Shown piece by piece: positions 30,333 through 41,007 of a stretch of 64,000 nt of DNA (its first letter is position 1; every line of letters begins with the position of its first letter). The notes below the pieces were generated by a model. The model had not been told where the DNA came from. It saw nothing but the letters and a program-made list of their open reading frames with translations, and searched no databases. Source of the DNA: Clostridia bacterium (lineage in GTDB: Bacteria > Bacillota > Clostridia > RGIG6154); the NCBI GenBank assembly GCA_045589295.1, contig JAZNOU010000021.1, positions 1-64,000 on the forward strand, in the 5' to 3' direction. The translations under genes and the position numbers were made by a program.

Positions 30333-31067
30333 CTATATTGATCTGTAAACATTAAATGGTTTTGCTTCTATAATATCAACATCAATTCTTGTTTTTAAAA
30401 CATCTGCAAGTTTTTGAACTGCAGGATATTCCGTTTCAAAATGACCTGCTGCGATAACACTTATACCTAACTTGTGTGCCTCTTGTGCATCGTTATACTT
30501 ACACTCACCTGTAACTAACAAATCACACCCCAAATTAAAAGCTATAGATGTAAAATCTCCACCTGAACCGCCCAACACAGCAACTTTTTTAATTGGTTTA
30601 TCCAAATCGCCTACAACTCGAACCGAAGATGTATCCAGTTTTTCTTTTACACAATTTACAACATTACTCAAGCTAGCCTCTTTAATTCTTCCAACCCGCA
30701 TCATATCATATTGCACACAGTCATACATTTCAATCTTTTCTGCCAGTGCATAATTTACGCCACCAACTGCACAGTCAAAATTGGTGTGTGCAGAATACAC
30801 GCAAATATCATTTTTTATTGTTTCGATTATTAATTTGTCTGTAATTCTGCTAAGGGGCTTAAAAATTGCCGGATGATGCGTAATTATGAGGTTTGCTTTA
30901 TTTTCAACAGCCGTTTTAAACGCATTTTCATCAAAATCAAGACTTATAACCACACGGTTAATTTCACAGTCCGAATTTCCTATCATAAGTCCAACATTAT
31001 CCCATTCGCAAGCATTTTCCGGTGGCGCTATTTTTTCTATAACATCAATAATTTTTTGCAGTTTCAT
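30333..31067 (-). CDS. Nif3-like dinuclear metal centre protein
   Basis: WDNVGL, ITHHP, AHTNFD, GHFETE. Confidence 0.93.
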   Translation of the reverse strand: MKLQKIIDVIEKIAPPENACEWDNVGLMIGNSDCEINRVVISLDFDENAFKTAVENKANLIITHHPAIFKPLSRITDKLIIETIKNDICVYSAHTNFDCAVGGVNYALAEKIEMYDCVQYDMMRVGRIKEASLSNVVNCVKEKLDTSSVRVVGDLDKPIKKVAVLGGSGGDFTSIAFNLGCDLLVTGECKYNDAQEAHKLGISVIAAGHFETEYPAVQKLADVLKTRIDVDIIEAKPFNVYRSI

Positions 31068-31737
31068 ATATTTTCTCCAGATCGCTGATAATTAATCCTA
31101 TTTTTGATACAGCTTTTTCATCAACTTCTGCTGCACTTTTTAAACCTTCAAATTCTTTCTTGTACTTCTGAATTTGTCTTTTAACATACTCACCCAAGAG
31201 CGGATCCTTATTTGTAATAAGAATTGGTGAAATTATATAATCAATATTCCTCTTGTACTGATTTTTGCCTTTGATTACTCTTATTATTGTATATATCTTA
31301 TCTTTTTCTTTAACCAGCGCCTCGTCAAGTATTTTAAAATTATTTTGTTTTAAAAATATTCTCAACTGTATAATATGGGTCATGGGTTGCAAAATTATTT
31401 CTTTTGAACATCCACAAATATCATCGTTATTATCTAAAATGCAAGATATTAAATCTCCACCCATACCAGCGATGATAACTGTTTCAACCTCTCCAGGTTT
31501 TAGAGTTCTAAGTCCATCGCCTTTTCTAATGTCTATTTGCTCAGAAAAACCACTAAGTGCAACAGATTTTTTGCACGCCAAAACAGGCCCATCTGCCACA
31601 TCACTTGCAACAACCTTTCTGCAAATCTCTTTTTCCACAAGATAAACAGGTAATTTTGCGTGATCTGTACCGATATCCGCAGCGGTTTTAAAATTAACCA
31701 TCTTTGCAATTTTTAAAAGCCGTGGTGTCAAAATCAT
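31045..31737 (-). CDS. trmK: tRNA (adenine22-N1)-methyltransferase
   Basis: ADIGTDHAKLP, GDGL, IAGMGG, ILQPM; upstream of nif3. Confidence 0.92.
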   Translation of the reverse strand: MILTPRLLKIAKMVNFKTAADIGTDHAKLPVYLVEKEICRKVVASDVADGPVLACKKSVALSGFSEQIDIRKGDGLRTLKPGEVETVIIAGMGGDLISCILDNNDDICGCSKEIILQPMTHIIQLRIFLKQNNFKILDEALVKEKDKIYTIIRVIKGKNQYKRNIDYIISPILITNKDPLLGEYVKRQIQKYKKEFEGLKSAAEVDEKAVSKIGLIISDLEKIYETAKNY

Positions 31738-31767
31738 ATAACCCTCAACAAAACAATCATTAACAAC

Positions 31768-31793
31768 AAAAAAAGCGGGAAAACCGCCTTTTT
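31768..31793 (-). terminator. Terminator after the rsmD-coaD-hypothetical operon
   Basis: Minus strand GCGG-TTTTC-CCGC followed by T7. Confidence 0.6.
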
Positions 31794-31802
31794 ATGTATC
31801 AC

Positions 31803-32240
31803 TTATAAAATATTTCTTTTATCTTCTCTGATTTTCTGCAAAACAGATGACAAATTCTGTTCAACGCCATCTAATGTCTGAGAAACGTATTCTTTTGTTG
31901 CCATTCTCATTTCACGTGATTCATTTTGTGCAGCTTCCATAATTTTCATAGCTTCTTCGTTGGCAAGTCTTGTGATCTCGTGTTCATTAACCATAACATT
32001 TACGCGATCTGCAGTATTCTTAAGAATATTGTCTGCTTCTTTCTGAGCTTCGATTAAAATTCTCTGTCTTTCTTCGGTGATACGTTTTGCCTGCTTCAAT
32101 TCTTCAGGAAGTTTAAGTCTGATATCCTGCAAAGATTCAAGCAATTCATCCTTGTCAACAAAGCCTCTTGAAGTAAAAGGAATTTTCCAAGCACTTTCTA
32201 TAGCTTCTTCAAGAACGTCAATAAGATTCATTATATCCAT
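31803..32240 (-). CDS. Conserved coiled-coil protein typically downstream of coaD in Clostridia
   Basis: LPEELKQAKRI...EAQKEA...EHEIT helical pattern; synteny. Confidence 0.75.
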   Translation of the reverse strand: MDIMNLIDVLEEAIESAWKIPFTSRGFVDKDELLESLQDIRLKLPEELKQAKRITEERQRILIEAQKEADNILKNTADRVNVMVNEHEITRLANEEAMKIMEAAQNESREMRMATKEYVSQTLDGVEQNLSSVLQKIREDKRNIL

Positions 32241-32726
32241 TTAAGATTTCCCCCTCAATCTATCATAAATTATATCTATTATTTGTTCAGGCACAAGACC
32301 TGAAAGGTCTCCGCCTAATCTTCCAACTTCTTTAACAATGCTTGAACTTAAGTAAGAATATTTCTGATTTGACATCATAAACATTGTTTCAACTTCAGGA
32401 TAAAGTTTTTTATTCATATGTGCCATTTGAAATTCATATTCAAAATCCGAAACAGCTCTTAATCCTTTAATAATTGTTTTTGCACCGACATTCTTCGCAT
32501 AATCTGCTAAAAGTCCGTTAAACGTTGCAACTTCGACATTATCATGATCGCAAAAAACTTTTTTAGCAAGTTCAATTCTTTCATCAATCGAAAAAAGTGG
32601 TGTTTTTAAACTGTTTATGGAAACAGCAACAATTACTTTATCAAAAACGCCTGCTGCTCTTTTAACGATATCGGCATGTCCATTTGTTATCGGATCAAAA
32701 CTGCCAGGATAAATTGCTATTTTCAC
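32241..32726 (-). CDS. coaD: Phosphopantetheine adenylyltransferase
   Basis: [30 protein letters not shown]. Confidence 0.97.
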   Translation of the reverse strand: MKIAIYPGSFDPITNGHADIVKRAAGVFDKVIVAVSINSLKTPLFSIDERIELAKKVFCDHDNVEVATFNGLLADYAKNVGAKTIIKGLRAVSDFEYEFQMAHMNKKLYPEVETMFMMSNQKYSYLSSSIVKEVGRLGGDLSGLVPEQIIDIIYDRLRGKS

Positions 32727-33268
32727 AATGTATCTCCTCCGAGCTGTGGCTTATACAATGTAATATAAACCCTGCCATACTTGACATTTTTTATAACTTC
32801 GTAATCTTCAAAACATTTAAGTGGTTCTTCACTTTCCAAAACAACAACTGCATCATCAGAAAGATGTGAAATAAGTTTTGGAAACACCTTCTCTTCAAAT
32901 CCTAAACTATACGGTGGATCTAAAAAAACAAGATCAAATTTTTTTGTGTTGCTTAATAAAAAATCTTCAAAACCACACAAATTCAAATCTGCTTTTTCAA
33001 TAAGTTTTGTATGTCTTAGATTATTTACAACACAATCATAGGCTTTCTTGTTTTTTTCAACAAAACTGCAACTTGCAGCCCCTCTGCTGAGAGCTTCTAT
33101 ACCAAGACTGCCAGAACCAGCAAACAAATCTAAAACCTCACTGTCGGTTATATATGAATAAAGCATAGAAAACAAAGATTCTTTAACTCTGTCAAGTGTA
33201 GGACGAACATCAAGACCATCTGGTGAACTAAGCTTACAACCTTTTGCCAAACCTGTAATAACTCTCAT
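32723..33268 (-). CDS. rsmD: 16S rRNA m2G966 methyltransferase
   Basis: [29 protein letters not shown]. Confidence 0.95.
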   Translation of the reverse strand: MRVITGLAKGCKLSSPDGLDVRPTLDRVKESLFSMLYSYITDSEVLDLFAGSGSLGIEALSRGAASCSFVEKNKKAYDCVVNNLRHTKLIEKADLNLCGFEDFLLSNTKKFDLVFLDPPYSLGFEEKVFPKLISHLSDDAVVVLESEEPLKCFEDYEVIKNVKYGRVYITLYKPQLGGDTL

Positions 33269-33388
33269 AAGCTTTTAACCAAATGCCTCCTTACTAAAAA
33301 TACGCACAATAATCCTATATATATTATTTTATAATAATTAAAAAATTTGTCAAGACTTTCTGTGCAAAAAATTAAGTTTTTTTTACAT

Positions 33389-35434
33389 TTAATTCAAAAT
33401 ATTTTCATTATTTTCACTATCTGCCAATTTTCCCGTAATATGCTTCATTATTTTTCTTTCATTATCTGTAGGAACAAGAGTTTTTTCTATTAATTCTTTC
33501 ACTGCTTGTTTCGCATTATATAAAAGTTTCAAATCACTTTCTCCTACTGGAAAGCTTATTGATGGAAGACCATGCTGACGTGTACCTAAAAAGTCCCCTG
33601 GTCCACGTAATTTTAAATCTTGCTCACTTATGTAAAATCCATCATTTGAGCTTTCTATTACTTTAAGACGCTTAATCGTATCCTGATTAGAAGTTTTTGC
33701 AAGCATAATACAATGAGACTGTTTTTGTCCTCTGCCAACTCTACCTCTTAGCTGATGAAGTTGTGACAGTCCAAATCTTTCGGCATTTTCTATAATCATC
33801 AAAGAGGCATTTTTAACATCAACGCCTACCTCAATAACGGTTGTTGAAACCAAAACGTCTATTTTTTTATCTTTAAAGGCTTGCATAACTTCATTTTTTT
33901 CTTTATCTTTCATCTTGCCGTGCAATACTCCAACCGCAAGAGTTGGTATTTTTTCTTTTAACTCTTCTGCAAGACCAGTAGCATCTTTAAGATCATAATT
34001 TTCGTTTTCTTCAACTAAAGGACAAACAACATACGCTTGTCCACCCGAAGACACTTCGCTTTCTAAAAAAGAATACACCCTTTGTCTGTAGTTTTCACCA
34101 ACAAGATATGTTTTTACTTTTTTTCTGCCTTCTGGCATAGCATCAATAACAGAAACTTCAAGATCGTTGTACATTAAAAGTGACAATGTTCTTGGGATCG
34201 GAGTTGCCGTCATAACTAAAAGATGCGGGTTTATTCCTTTTTTTATAAGTTTCTGACGTTGTCGAACACCAAACCTATGTTGTTCATCTATTACAACAAG
34301 TCCCAGATTGGTAAGTTCTACATCATCTTCTAAAATAGCGTGCGTGCCAACCAAAACATCAATTTCATTTTGCTTTAATTCACTAACTATTTTATTCTTT
34401 TCTTTTCGTGTAGACGATGAGGTTAAAAGTCTAATTTTACAATCAGGCAGATAAGAAGATAAATTTTTATAGTGCTGAACAGCCAAAATTTCTGTAGGTG
34501 CAATAATCGCACTCATAAATTGATTTTGAACACAGATTTTGATAACTTCTGCCGCAACAACAGTTTTACCTGAGCCAACATCACCTTGCAAAAGTCTATT
34601 CATTTGTACACCAGAAGAAACGTCTTTTTTAATTTCTGCAACAACTTTTTTTTGAGCATCGGTAAGTTTAAACGGCAATTTTTGTTCAAACTCTGTTGTA
34701 TCAATATTTATAAACCTAATACCCTTTTTTTGACCGTTTTTTCTGATTTTTGCCAACATAAGCTGGAAATAAAAATAGTCTTCAAAAGCAAATCTTTGCC
34801 TTGCAAAATTTGCCTCATACTCATTTTCAGGAAAATGAATTTTGTAAATTGAATCTTTAATATTAGGAATTTTAAACTTATCTTCAATACATTTTGGCAA
34901 AAAGCTTGTCAATATACCATTTGCATACTTAACCCCACTTTCCATTATACTATAAAATGTTTTTTGAGGTATTTTAGACAACAAAGGATATACAGGCACA
35001 ATTTTACCTGTATATCCTTTATTAGTATCAACTGATTCGAAAATCGGGCATGACAAACATAGTCTGCCATTTACTCTTTTAATTTTCCCGTAAAAATTAT
35101 ATTCTTTATCTTTTAAAAGTTGTTTTTCAACAAAACGCTGATTGTACCATACAACCATAATTTCGCCGGTTTCATCGCAAATACTACTGTTAGAAATAAT
35201 GAGATTATTTTTAACTCTCACACTCCTTACAGATGTCTTTAAAACAGCTTTTATGCACACTTCACTGCCTTCCGTAACATTTTCAATCTCGCTAAAATTT
35301 CTTCTGTCTTCATATCCTGAAGGAAGAAAATAAATTAAGTCATAAATATTGTTTATCCCAAGACTTTTTAATGTTTCGTATCTTTTAGGTCCCACGCCGT
35401 TTAAAACTGTAAGTGGTGTATTAAATATATTCAT
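33389..35434 (-). CDS. recG: ATP-dependent DNA helicase RecG
   Basis: QGDVGSGKT, DEQHRFGV, MTATPIPR, QLRGRVGR. Confidence 0.97.
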   Translation of the reverse strand: MNIFNTPLTVLNGVGPKRYETLKSLGINNIYDLIYFLPSGYEDRRNFSEIENVTEGSEVCIKAVLKTSVRSVRVKNNLIISNSSICDETGEIMVVWYNQRFVEKQLLKDKEYNFYGKIKRVNGRLCLSCPIFESVDTNKGYTGKIVPVYPLLSKIPQKTFYSIMESGVKYANGILTSFLPKCIEDKFKIPNIKDSIYKIHFPENEYEANFARQRFAFEDYFYFQLMLAKIRKNGQKKGIRFINIDTTEFEQKLPFKLTDAQKKVVAEIKKDVSSGVQMNRLLQGDVGSGKTVVAAEVIKICVQNQFMSAIIAPTEILAVQHYKNLSSYLPDCKIRLLTSSSTRKEKNKIVSELKQNEIDVLVGTHAILEDDVELTNLGLVVIDEQHRFGVRQRQKLIKKGINPHLLVMTATPIPRTLSLLMYNDLEVSVIDAMPEGRKKVKTYLVGENYRQRVYSFLESEVSSGGQAYVVCPLVEENENYDLKDATGLAEELKEKIPTLAVGVLHGKMKDKEKNEVMQAFKDKKIDVLVSTTVIEVGVDVKNASLMIIENAERFGLSQLHQLRGRVGRGQKQSHCIMLAKTSNQDTIKRLKVIESSNDGFYISEQDLKLRGPGDFLGTRQHGLPSISFPVGESDLKLLYNAKQAVKELIEKTLVPTDNERKIMKHITGKLADSENNENILN

Positions 35435-35436
35435 AA

Positions 35437-37053
35437 TTACTCCGCAGAAATGTAGTAATAATAAAGAGGTTGCCCACCATTGTACAAATTAAAATCAATT
35501 TCTTTGCCTTCATATTTATTTTCAAGGCTCGCAATTAGTTTTTCAGCTTCCTCCTGGGTTACATCTTCACCACTATATAGAGAAACTGTTGAAATTTCAT
35601 CATCCAAAAGCATTTCAACAATATCTTCAGTTGTTTTGCTAATATCTGTTGAAGATGTACAGATTTTACCTTCAATCAGGCCCATAATATCATCTTTCTT
35701 AATTGAAAGTCCGTCAATATCGCAATCACGCGCAGCAAAAGTAACCGAGCCTGACTTAACGCTTTGTGCAGCTTCTAACATTGCCTCAGCATTAATATTT
35801 TGTTCAGCATCTTCATCAAATGCCAAAAGTCCTGCTATGCCCTGAACAATTGTTTTTGTTGGAATAACAATAACATTTTTATCTGAAATTTCTTTTGCCT
35901 GTTCTGCGGCTAAAATGATATTTTTGTTATTTGGGAAAATATAAATATTTCCTGCATTTAAGTTTTCAATTTCTTTAACAAAATCTTCGGTTGACGGATT
36001 CATTGTCTGTCCGCCTTGAATAATCGAACTACAACCAAGTTCGTTAAAAATCTGAACTATTCCTTCACCTGAAGCCACAGCTATAAATGCATTTTCAACA
36101 TATTCTTTGTGTTCCTGTTTCATCACCTCTCGGCTCTGTTCTCTTAAGTTGTCAATTTTTATATCAACAATTTCCCCAAGTTTCAAACATTCTTCAAGTG
36201 CAATACCAGGATTGTTGGAATGAACATGAACCTTAATAATATCGGCATCATCAATAACAATAACACAATCACCAATATATTCAAGCTTTGTTCGCAATTT
36301 TTTCCACGGAGCTTTTTGCTCATTCTTTTTAATTATAAGCTCTGTGCAATATCCAAATTTTATATCCTCGAGAGGAATATACTTTTCTTCAGCAACATAT
36401 TCTTTAATTTCTTCTTCTGTGCTCACAACAACACCATTTTTAAGAAAATAAAGAGCGCCTTCTAAAAGAGTCATTAAACCTTTTCCGCCTGCATCAACAA
36501 CATTCGCCTGTTTTAGTGCAGGAAGCATTTCTGTAGTAGAATCAAGAGAAATATTACCAACCTCAACAACAGTCTCCAAAAACGCTGTTAAATCACTCTT
36601 CTCATCAAAAGTATAATCTTCAATACCTTCACAAATCTGTCTTGCAACGGTCAAAACGGTGCCTTCTTGTGGTTTCATAACCGCACGATACGCAGTTTCT
36701 TTCGCGTTGTTAAGTGCAATTTTGAAGTTTTCTCCATCTGCCACTTCAACACCTTTAAAGCCTCTTGAAAGACCTCTGAAAAGCTGTGATAATATAACGC
36801 CTGAGTTACCCCTTGCCCCTCTTAAAGATGCGTTCGCTGCAATATCTGCAATGGCAGTAACAGTGTCTTCATCAGTAATTTCAAGGGCAGCTTTCACCGC
36901 GCTGACCGTCAAAGACATATTTGTTCCTGTATCACCATCAGGAACAGGAAAAACATTCAGGTCGTCTACCATAACTTTTTTATTAGAAAGATTATTTGCA
37001 GCTGAAATAATCATTAGCTTTAGGGTATTTCCATCTATAGTAGTATGTGCCAA
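35437..37053 (-). CDS. fakA: DAK2-domain fatty acid kinase catalytic subunit (YloV/FakA)
   Basis: LNVFPVPDGDTGTNM, ARGNSGVILSQ, GGQTMNPST; probable TTG start after GGAGGTGA. Confidence 0.93.
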   Translation of the reverse strand: MAHTTIDGNTLKLMIISAANNLSNKKVMVDDLNVFPVPDGDTGTNMSLTVSAVKAALEITDEDTVTAIADIAANASLRGARGNSGVILSQLFRGLSRGFKGVEVADGENFKIALNNAKETAYRAVMKPQEGTVLTVARQICEGIEDYTFDEKSDLTAFLETVVEVGNISLDSTTEMLPALKQANVVDAGGKGLMTLLEGALYFLKNGVVVSTEEEIKEYVAEEKYIPLEDIKFGYCTELIIKKNEQKAPWKKLRTKLEYIGDCVIVIDDADIIKVHVHSNNPGIALEECLKLGEIVDIKIDNLREQSREVMKQEHKEYVENAFIAVASGEGIVQIFNELGCSSIIQGGQTMNPSTEDFVKEIENLNAGNIYIFPNNKNIILAAEQAKEISDKNVIVIPTKTIVQGIAGLLAFDEDAEQNINAEAMLEAAQSVKSGSVTFAARDCDIDGLSIKKDDIMGLIEGKICTSSTDISKTTEDIVEMLLDDEISTVSLYSGEDVTQEEAEKLIASLENKYEGKEIDFNLYNGGQPLYYYYISAE

Positions 37054-37069
37054 AGCGTTCACCTCCATA

Positions 37070-37429
37070 TTAGTCATTAGAAACTCTTACGCTTTCGACT
37101 TGAACTACTACTTTATCAACCGAAAAGCCAGTCATAGATTCAATAGCATACTTAACACCATCAACAATATTATTGCTTATAGCATTAAGATTAACTCCAT
37201 ATTCAGCTATTATATGAATTTCAAGGGTAATTGAATTGCCGGTAACGGACACTTTTACACCCTTATTTGCAGAGTCTTTTTTCAAAATTGAAGCAAGTTC
37301 ATCTGCCTTTGATTTAAAAGCCATTCCAACTACGCCAACACACTTCATTGCTTCAGTTGCCGCTATTTTCCCAATCACCTCATCAGAAATAACAATATTG
37401 CCATATACATTTTCTGTTTTAACAGCCAT
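37070..37429 (-). CDS. Asp23/Gls24 family protein (YloU)
   Basis: GNIVIS, GVVGM, EYGV motifs; upstream of fakA. Confidence 0.9.
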   Translation of the reverse strand: MAVKTENVYGNIVISDEVIGKIAATEAMKCVGVVGMAFKSKADELASILKKDSANKGVKVSVTGNSITLEIHIIAEYGVNLNAISNNIVDGVKYAIESMTGFSVDKVVVQVESVRVSND

Positions 37430-37452
37430 ATTTAACATCCTTTCGTAAAAAA

Positions 37453-38346
37453 TTAAAGAATTTTTATCTCAGGCTCGATACTTACACCAAACTTTTCAAA
37501 CACTCTCTGTTGACATAGACTTAAAAGTCCTTTTACATCTTCCGCGGTTGCATTGCATTTGTTAATAATAAAACCACAATGCTTTTCTGAAATCTGAGCC
37601 CCGCCAACCGAAACTCCTCTCAAACCACAATCATCAATGAGTTTTGCAGCAAAATATCCTTCAGGTCTTTTAAATGCACTGCCCGCACTCGGGAAATTCA
37701 AAGGTTGTTTTTCGCTACGTTTTTTGTTTAATTCCTTCATTTTACATAAAATATTTTCTTTTTGACCTTTTTCTAGCTCGATTTCACATGATAGAATTGT
37801 AAAATCTTTGTCTGAAAAGAAACTGTGTCTGTAACCAAATTCGTGCTGAGAACCTTCAATTTTATAAATATTTCCATCCCTGTCACAGTAAGTTGTCTTC
37901 TTTATAACCCTAGAAAGCTCTCCATCGTATGCACCAGCATTCATAACTGCCCCGCCTCCGATTGTGCCAGGTATCCCTGATGCAAATTCAAAACCGCTAA
38001 GAGAATTTTCCAAAGCAACTGAAGCAATTTTTGCAAGTGATGCCCCACAGCCAGCACGGATGATATTCCCATCAGCAACAACAGAATTGATTTTTGTTGT
38101 TTTAATAACATAGCCATCAATCCCATCATCAGGTGCTAAAATATTAGAACCATTACCAACAATTATAAATTTCTCATTTTTAAGACACTTTATAACCTCA
38201 ACCAGCTCTTTTTCAGTTTTAGGTATAATTACAGTCTTTGCATTTCCACCAATTTTAAACGTAGTATGGTTTTTCATTGGTTCGTTTTGTAAAACGCAAT
38301 CTTTTGAGCATATATCATAGAGAACTTTTATGTTAATTCCTCCCAA
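37453..38346 (-). CDS. murB: UDP-N-acetylmuramate dehydrogenase (start uncertain)
   Basis: HTTFKIGG, GNGSN, GIPGTIGG, MNAGAY, PSAGSAFKRP, EPEI. Confidence 0.95.
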   Translation of the reverse strand: MGGINIKVLYDICSKDCVLQNEPMKNHTTFKIGGNAKTVIIPKTEKELVEVIKCLKNEKFIIVGNGSNILAPDDGIDGYVIKTTKINSVVADGNIIRAGCGASLAKIASVALENSLSGFEFASGIPGTIGGGAVMNAGAYDGELSRVIKKTTYCDRDGNIYKIEGSQHEFGYRHSFFSDKDFTILSCEIELEKGQKENILCKMKELNKKRSEKQPLNFPSAGSAFKRPEGYFAAKLIDDCGLRGVSVGGAQISEKHCGFIINKCNATAEDVKGLLSLCQQRVFEKFGVSIEPEIKIL

Positions 38347-38349
38347 ATA

Positions 38350-39303
38350 CTATTCTCTTAAAAGAGCTGCACCAACAATACCTGCATCATTGCCAAGCAT
38401 AGCTTTTTCAATTCTTCCATCTCTAAACAACGGAGATTTAGTTCCAACATATTTTTCTTTTTCAACAGCTTCTCTTAAAGGAATCAAAAGATTATCTCCC
38501 TCATTAGAAACTCCACCGCCGATAACCAACACTTCAGGTTGGAATATAAATATCATATTTGCAACACCTGCAGCAAGATATTTGATATACTCGTCAACAA
38601 CTTTTTGGGCGGTCTTATCGCCCTGTTTTGCAGCATTGAAAGCAGTTCTGCCACTGAATTTTCCTTCTTCTTCAACTAATTTCCAAATCAAAGAATCTTT
38701 ATCCTTTTCAGCGTATTCTTTTGTAGTCTTTATAAGTGCTGTTGCAGATGAATATGCTTCCCAACAACCTTTTCTTCCACATCCACATTGTCTGCCATCA
38801 ACTTCAATAACCGTATGTCCAAGTTCTGCACCAAAAAAATTAAATCCGCTGTAAAGTCTGCCATTAACAACAATACCACCGCCAACGCCAGTTCCTAAAG
38901 TAATCATAATAGAATCCTTTACACCTTTTGCGGCACCTGCCATAGCTTCTGCCCACGCAGCACAGTTAGCATCATTATCTAGATAAACGGGTTTATCTAT
39001 GTATTTTTGCATTTCTTTTCTTAATTCATACTCTTTAAATGGAAGATTTGCACCAGCAATCAAAACACCAAGTTCTTTTTCGATAAAACCAGGGCATGCA
39101 ATACCAACAGACACAACATCATCCATAGAAATATTCGCCTGTTTAACAACCTCAATCGAAGTAAGAGCCATATCTTTAACAATTTCTTCAGATGTTCTTT
39201 CAGCAAGTGTTGGAGTGCTTATTTTGTGAATAATTTTTCCTTCTTCATTTACAACACCAACCGCAATATTTGTTCCACCGAGGTCAATACCAATATAATA
39301 CAT
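38350..39303 (-). CDS. ROK family glucokinase
   Basis: GIDLGGT, DNDANCAA, TLGTGVGGG, ELGH, CGCGRKGCWE. Confidence 0.92.
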   Translation of the reverse strand: MYYIGIDLGGTNIAVGVVNEEGKIIHKISTPTLAERTSEEIVKDMALTSIEVVKQANISMDDVVSVGIACPGFIEKELGVLIAGANLPFKEYELRKEMQKYIDKPVYLDNDANCAAWAEAMAGAAKGVKDSIMITLGTGVGGGIVVNGRLYSGFNFFGAELGHTVIEVDGRQCGCGRKGCWEAYSSATALIKTTKEYAEKDKDSLIWKLVEEEGKFSGRTAFNAAKQGDKTAQKVVDEYIKYLAAGVANMIFIFQPEVLVIGGGVSNEGDNLLIPLREAVEKEKYVGTKSPLFRDGRIEKAMLGNDAGIVGAALLRE

Positions 39304-39331
39304 AATTTATTCTCTCCTATTTTAAAAAATG

Positions 39332-40285
39332 TTATTTATTTAATTCAGACTGTCTTTTTTCCATATCAAGTGTCAAGCGTTTATTAAGTTCTTCTGCTGC
39401 ATTATATCCCATTTTTTTCTGGCGGTTATTCATAGCTGCAACTTCAATTATTATGGCAAGATTTCGTCCCGGCCTTACCGGTATAGTAAGTGCAGGCAGA
39501 TTAATGCCTAAAATTTCAACAGTTTCATTATCAAGACCCAATCTGTCATATTTTTTATGTTGCTGCCACTGTTCAAGACAAATCACCATATCAATTTTTT
39601 CAGTATCTTTTACTGCACCCATACCAAAAATGTTTTTAACATCAACAATACCAATGCCTCTTAATTCAATAAAATGCTTTATAATATCAGGGGCGCTTCC
39701 AACCAGTGTAATTTCCGAAACTTTTTTAATTTCAACTGCATCGTCTGCAACAAGCCTGTGTCCACGTTTAACAAGTTCAATTGCAGTTTCGCTCTTACCT
39801 ACGCCGCTCTCTCCTAAAATTAAAATACCTTCACCGTATACTTCTACCAAAACACCATGTCTGGTTATTCTTTCACCAAGTTCAACATTGAGCATTGCAA
39901 TCAATGCACTCATAAACCTAGAAGTTGATTCTTCTGTCCTTAAAATTGGTACTTTTCTTAACAACGACGCCTTAATCATCTGTTCAGATGGTTCAAGCGA
40001 CCTTGTTATAACAAGTGCAGGTATACCTGTAGCAAACAACTTATCTATTTTTTCAAATTCTTCTTGTGGTGACAAATTTTCAAGATATGTGCTCTCAATC
40101 TTACCAAAAACCTGAATACGTGAAGAATCAAAATAATCAAAAAAACCTGTAAGTGGAAGTCCTGGTCTGTTTACATCCATATTGCTGATTTTTATATTAT
40201 CAATTACATCTTCGCAAGTTAAAACCTCAAGTCTTTGTTTTTTAACTATTTTCCATAATTCAACCGCAAAAGAAGGCATCTCCAT
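39332..40285 (-). CDS. hprK: HPr kinase/phosphorylase
   Basis: NRPGL, HGVLV, GESGVGKSE, LVADD, IELRGIG, PVRPGRN. Confidence 0.96.
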   Translation of the reverse strand: MEMPSFAVELWKIVKKQRLEVLTCEDVIDNIKISNMDVNRPGLPLTGFFDYFDSSRIQVFGKIESTYLENLSPQEEFEKIDKLFATGIPALVITRSLEPSEQMIKASLLRKVPILRTEESTSRFMSALIAMLNVELGERITRHGVLVEVYGEGILILGESGVGKSETAIELVKRGHRLVADDAVEIKKVSEITLVGSAPDIIKHFIELRGIGIVDVKNIFGMGAVKDTEKIDMVICLEQWQQHKKYDRLGLDNETVEILGINLPALTIPVRPGRNLAIIIEVAAMNNRQKKMGYNAAEELNKRLTLDMEKRQSELNK

Positions 40286-40405
40286 TTAATCACCTCATAG
40301 TAAAAAGTCAAATATTATAGCAAAATATTTACACATTTTTTAAATCAAATAACATCTATTTATTTTAACACATTTTTTGTCAAATTACAAGTATTTAATA
40401 TATAA

Positions 40406-40834
40406 TCAAATTAATTGTTTCTTTTTTTCAACTTCGACAAGGCCATCAGGAGTTTCAACCATATCATGACTGTTAAGCAAAAATCTTCTTATTGCAAACA
40501 AAATCGCAATAGCTACAACAATAATAAGATTCTCCCATGCCGCTACGTGTCCTACTATGAGTTTTCTTGCTAAAGCAAAAGCAAGTACTTCAATCACTGT
40601 TTCAGGAGTGTGTTTGCATAACATCTTAATAAGCTCAGCACCAATTGCAAGAATAATTGCATCATCAAGCAGCTTAACAAATGTTTCAACACCATTTGAA
40701 TAGGCTGTCACATTTACAGCATCAACAATGATTCTAAACGTCATAATCACAATTCCAACTCCAACTATAAGAGAAACCAAAAGTTCAAATAAGTAACTTA
40801 ATTCAAACATTTTATCCTGTAGTTTTTTTCTCAT
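40406..40834 (-). CDS. Small 4-TM membrane protein, PsiE-like
   Basis: LAIGAELIKML, VIEVLAFALARKLI pattern; GGAGG RBS before ATG 40834. Confidence 0.7.
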   Translation of the reverse strand: MRKKLQDKMFELSYLFELLVSLIVGVGIVIMTFRIIVDAVNVTAYSNGVETFVKLLDDAIILAIGAELIKMLCKHTPETVIEVLAFALARKLIVGHVAAWENLIIVVAIAILFAIRRFLLNSHDMVETPDGLVEVEKKKQLI

Positions 40835-40960
40835 TTTTAACCCTCCGTTTTTAAAAATCAACATATAATTATTATTTATAATATCCAACATATGTAACAT
40901 ATAGTAAATAAACATACTAAGCACATAATAATTTTAACATATTTTCCAAAAAAGTGCAAC

Positions 40961-40995
40961 AAAAAAAAGAGGTGTAATTACCACACACCTCTTTT
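40961..40995 (-). terminator. Terminator downstream of 6S RNA
   Basis: AAAAGAGGTGT / ACACCTCTTTT inverted repeat with long U-tract on the minus strand. Confidence 0.75.
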
Positions 40996-41007
40996 AAATT
41001 CATTATA

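Noticed and set aside
39453-40115. Long antisense ORFs (220 aa opposite hprK; also 20362-20898, 36659-37234, 38330-38854, 4593-5036)
   Set aside because: They are Ser/Ile/Phe-rich shadows of conserved genes with no RBS or recognisable motif.
40965-40990. AAGAGGTG(A)TAATTA...CACCT similarity between the 6S terminator and the 7354-7414 hairpin
   Set aside because: The match is short, in opposite orientation relative to transcription and seen only twice; not enough to call a repeat family.
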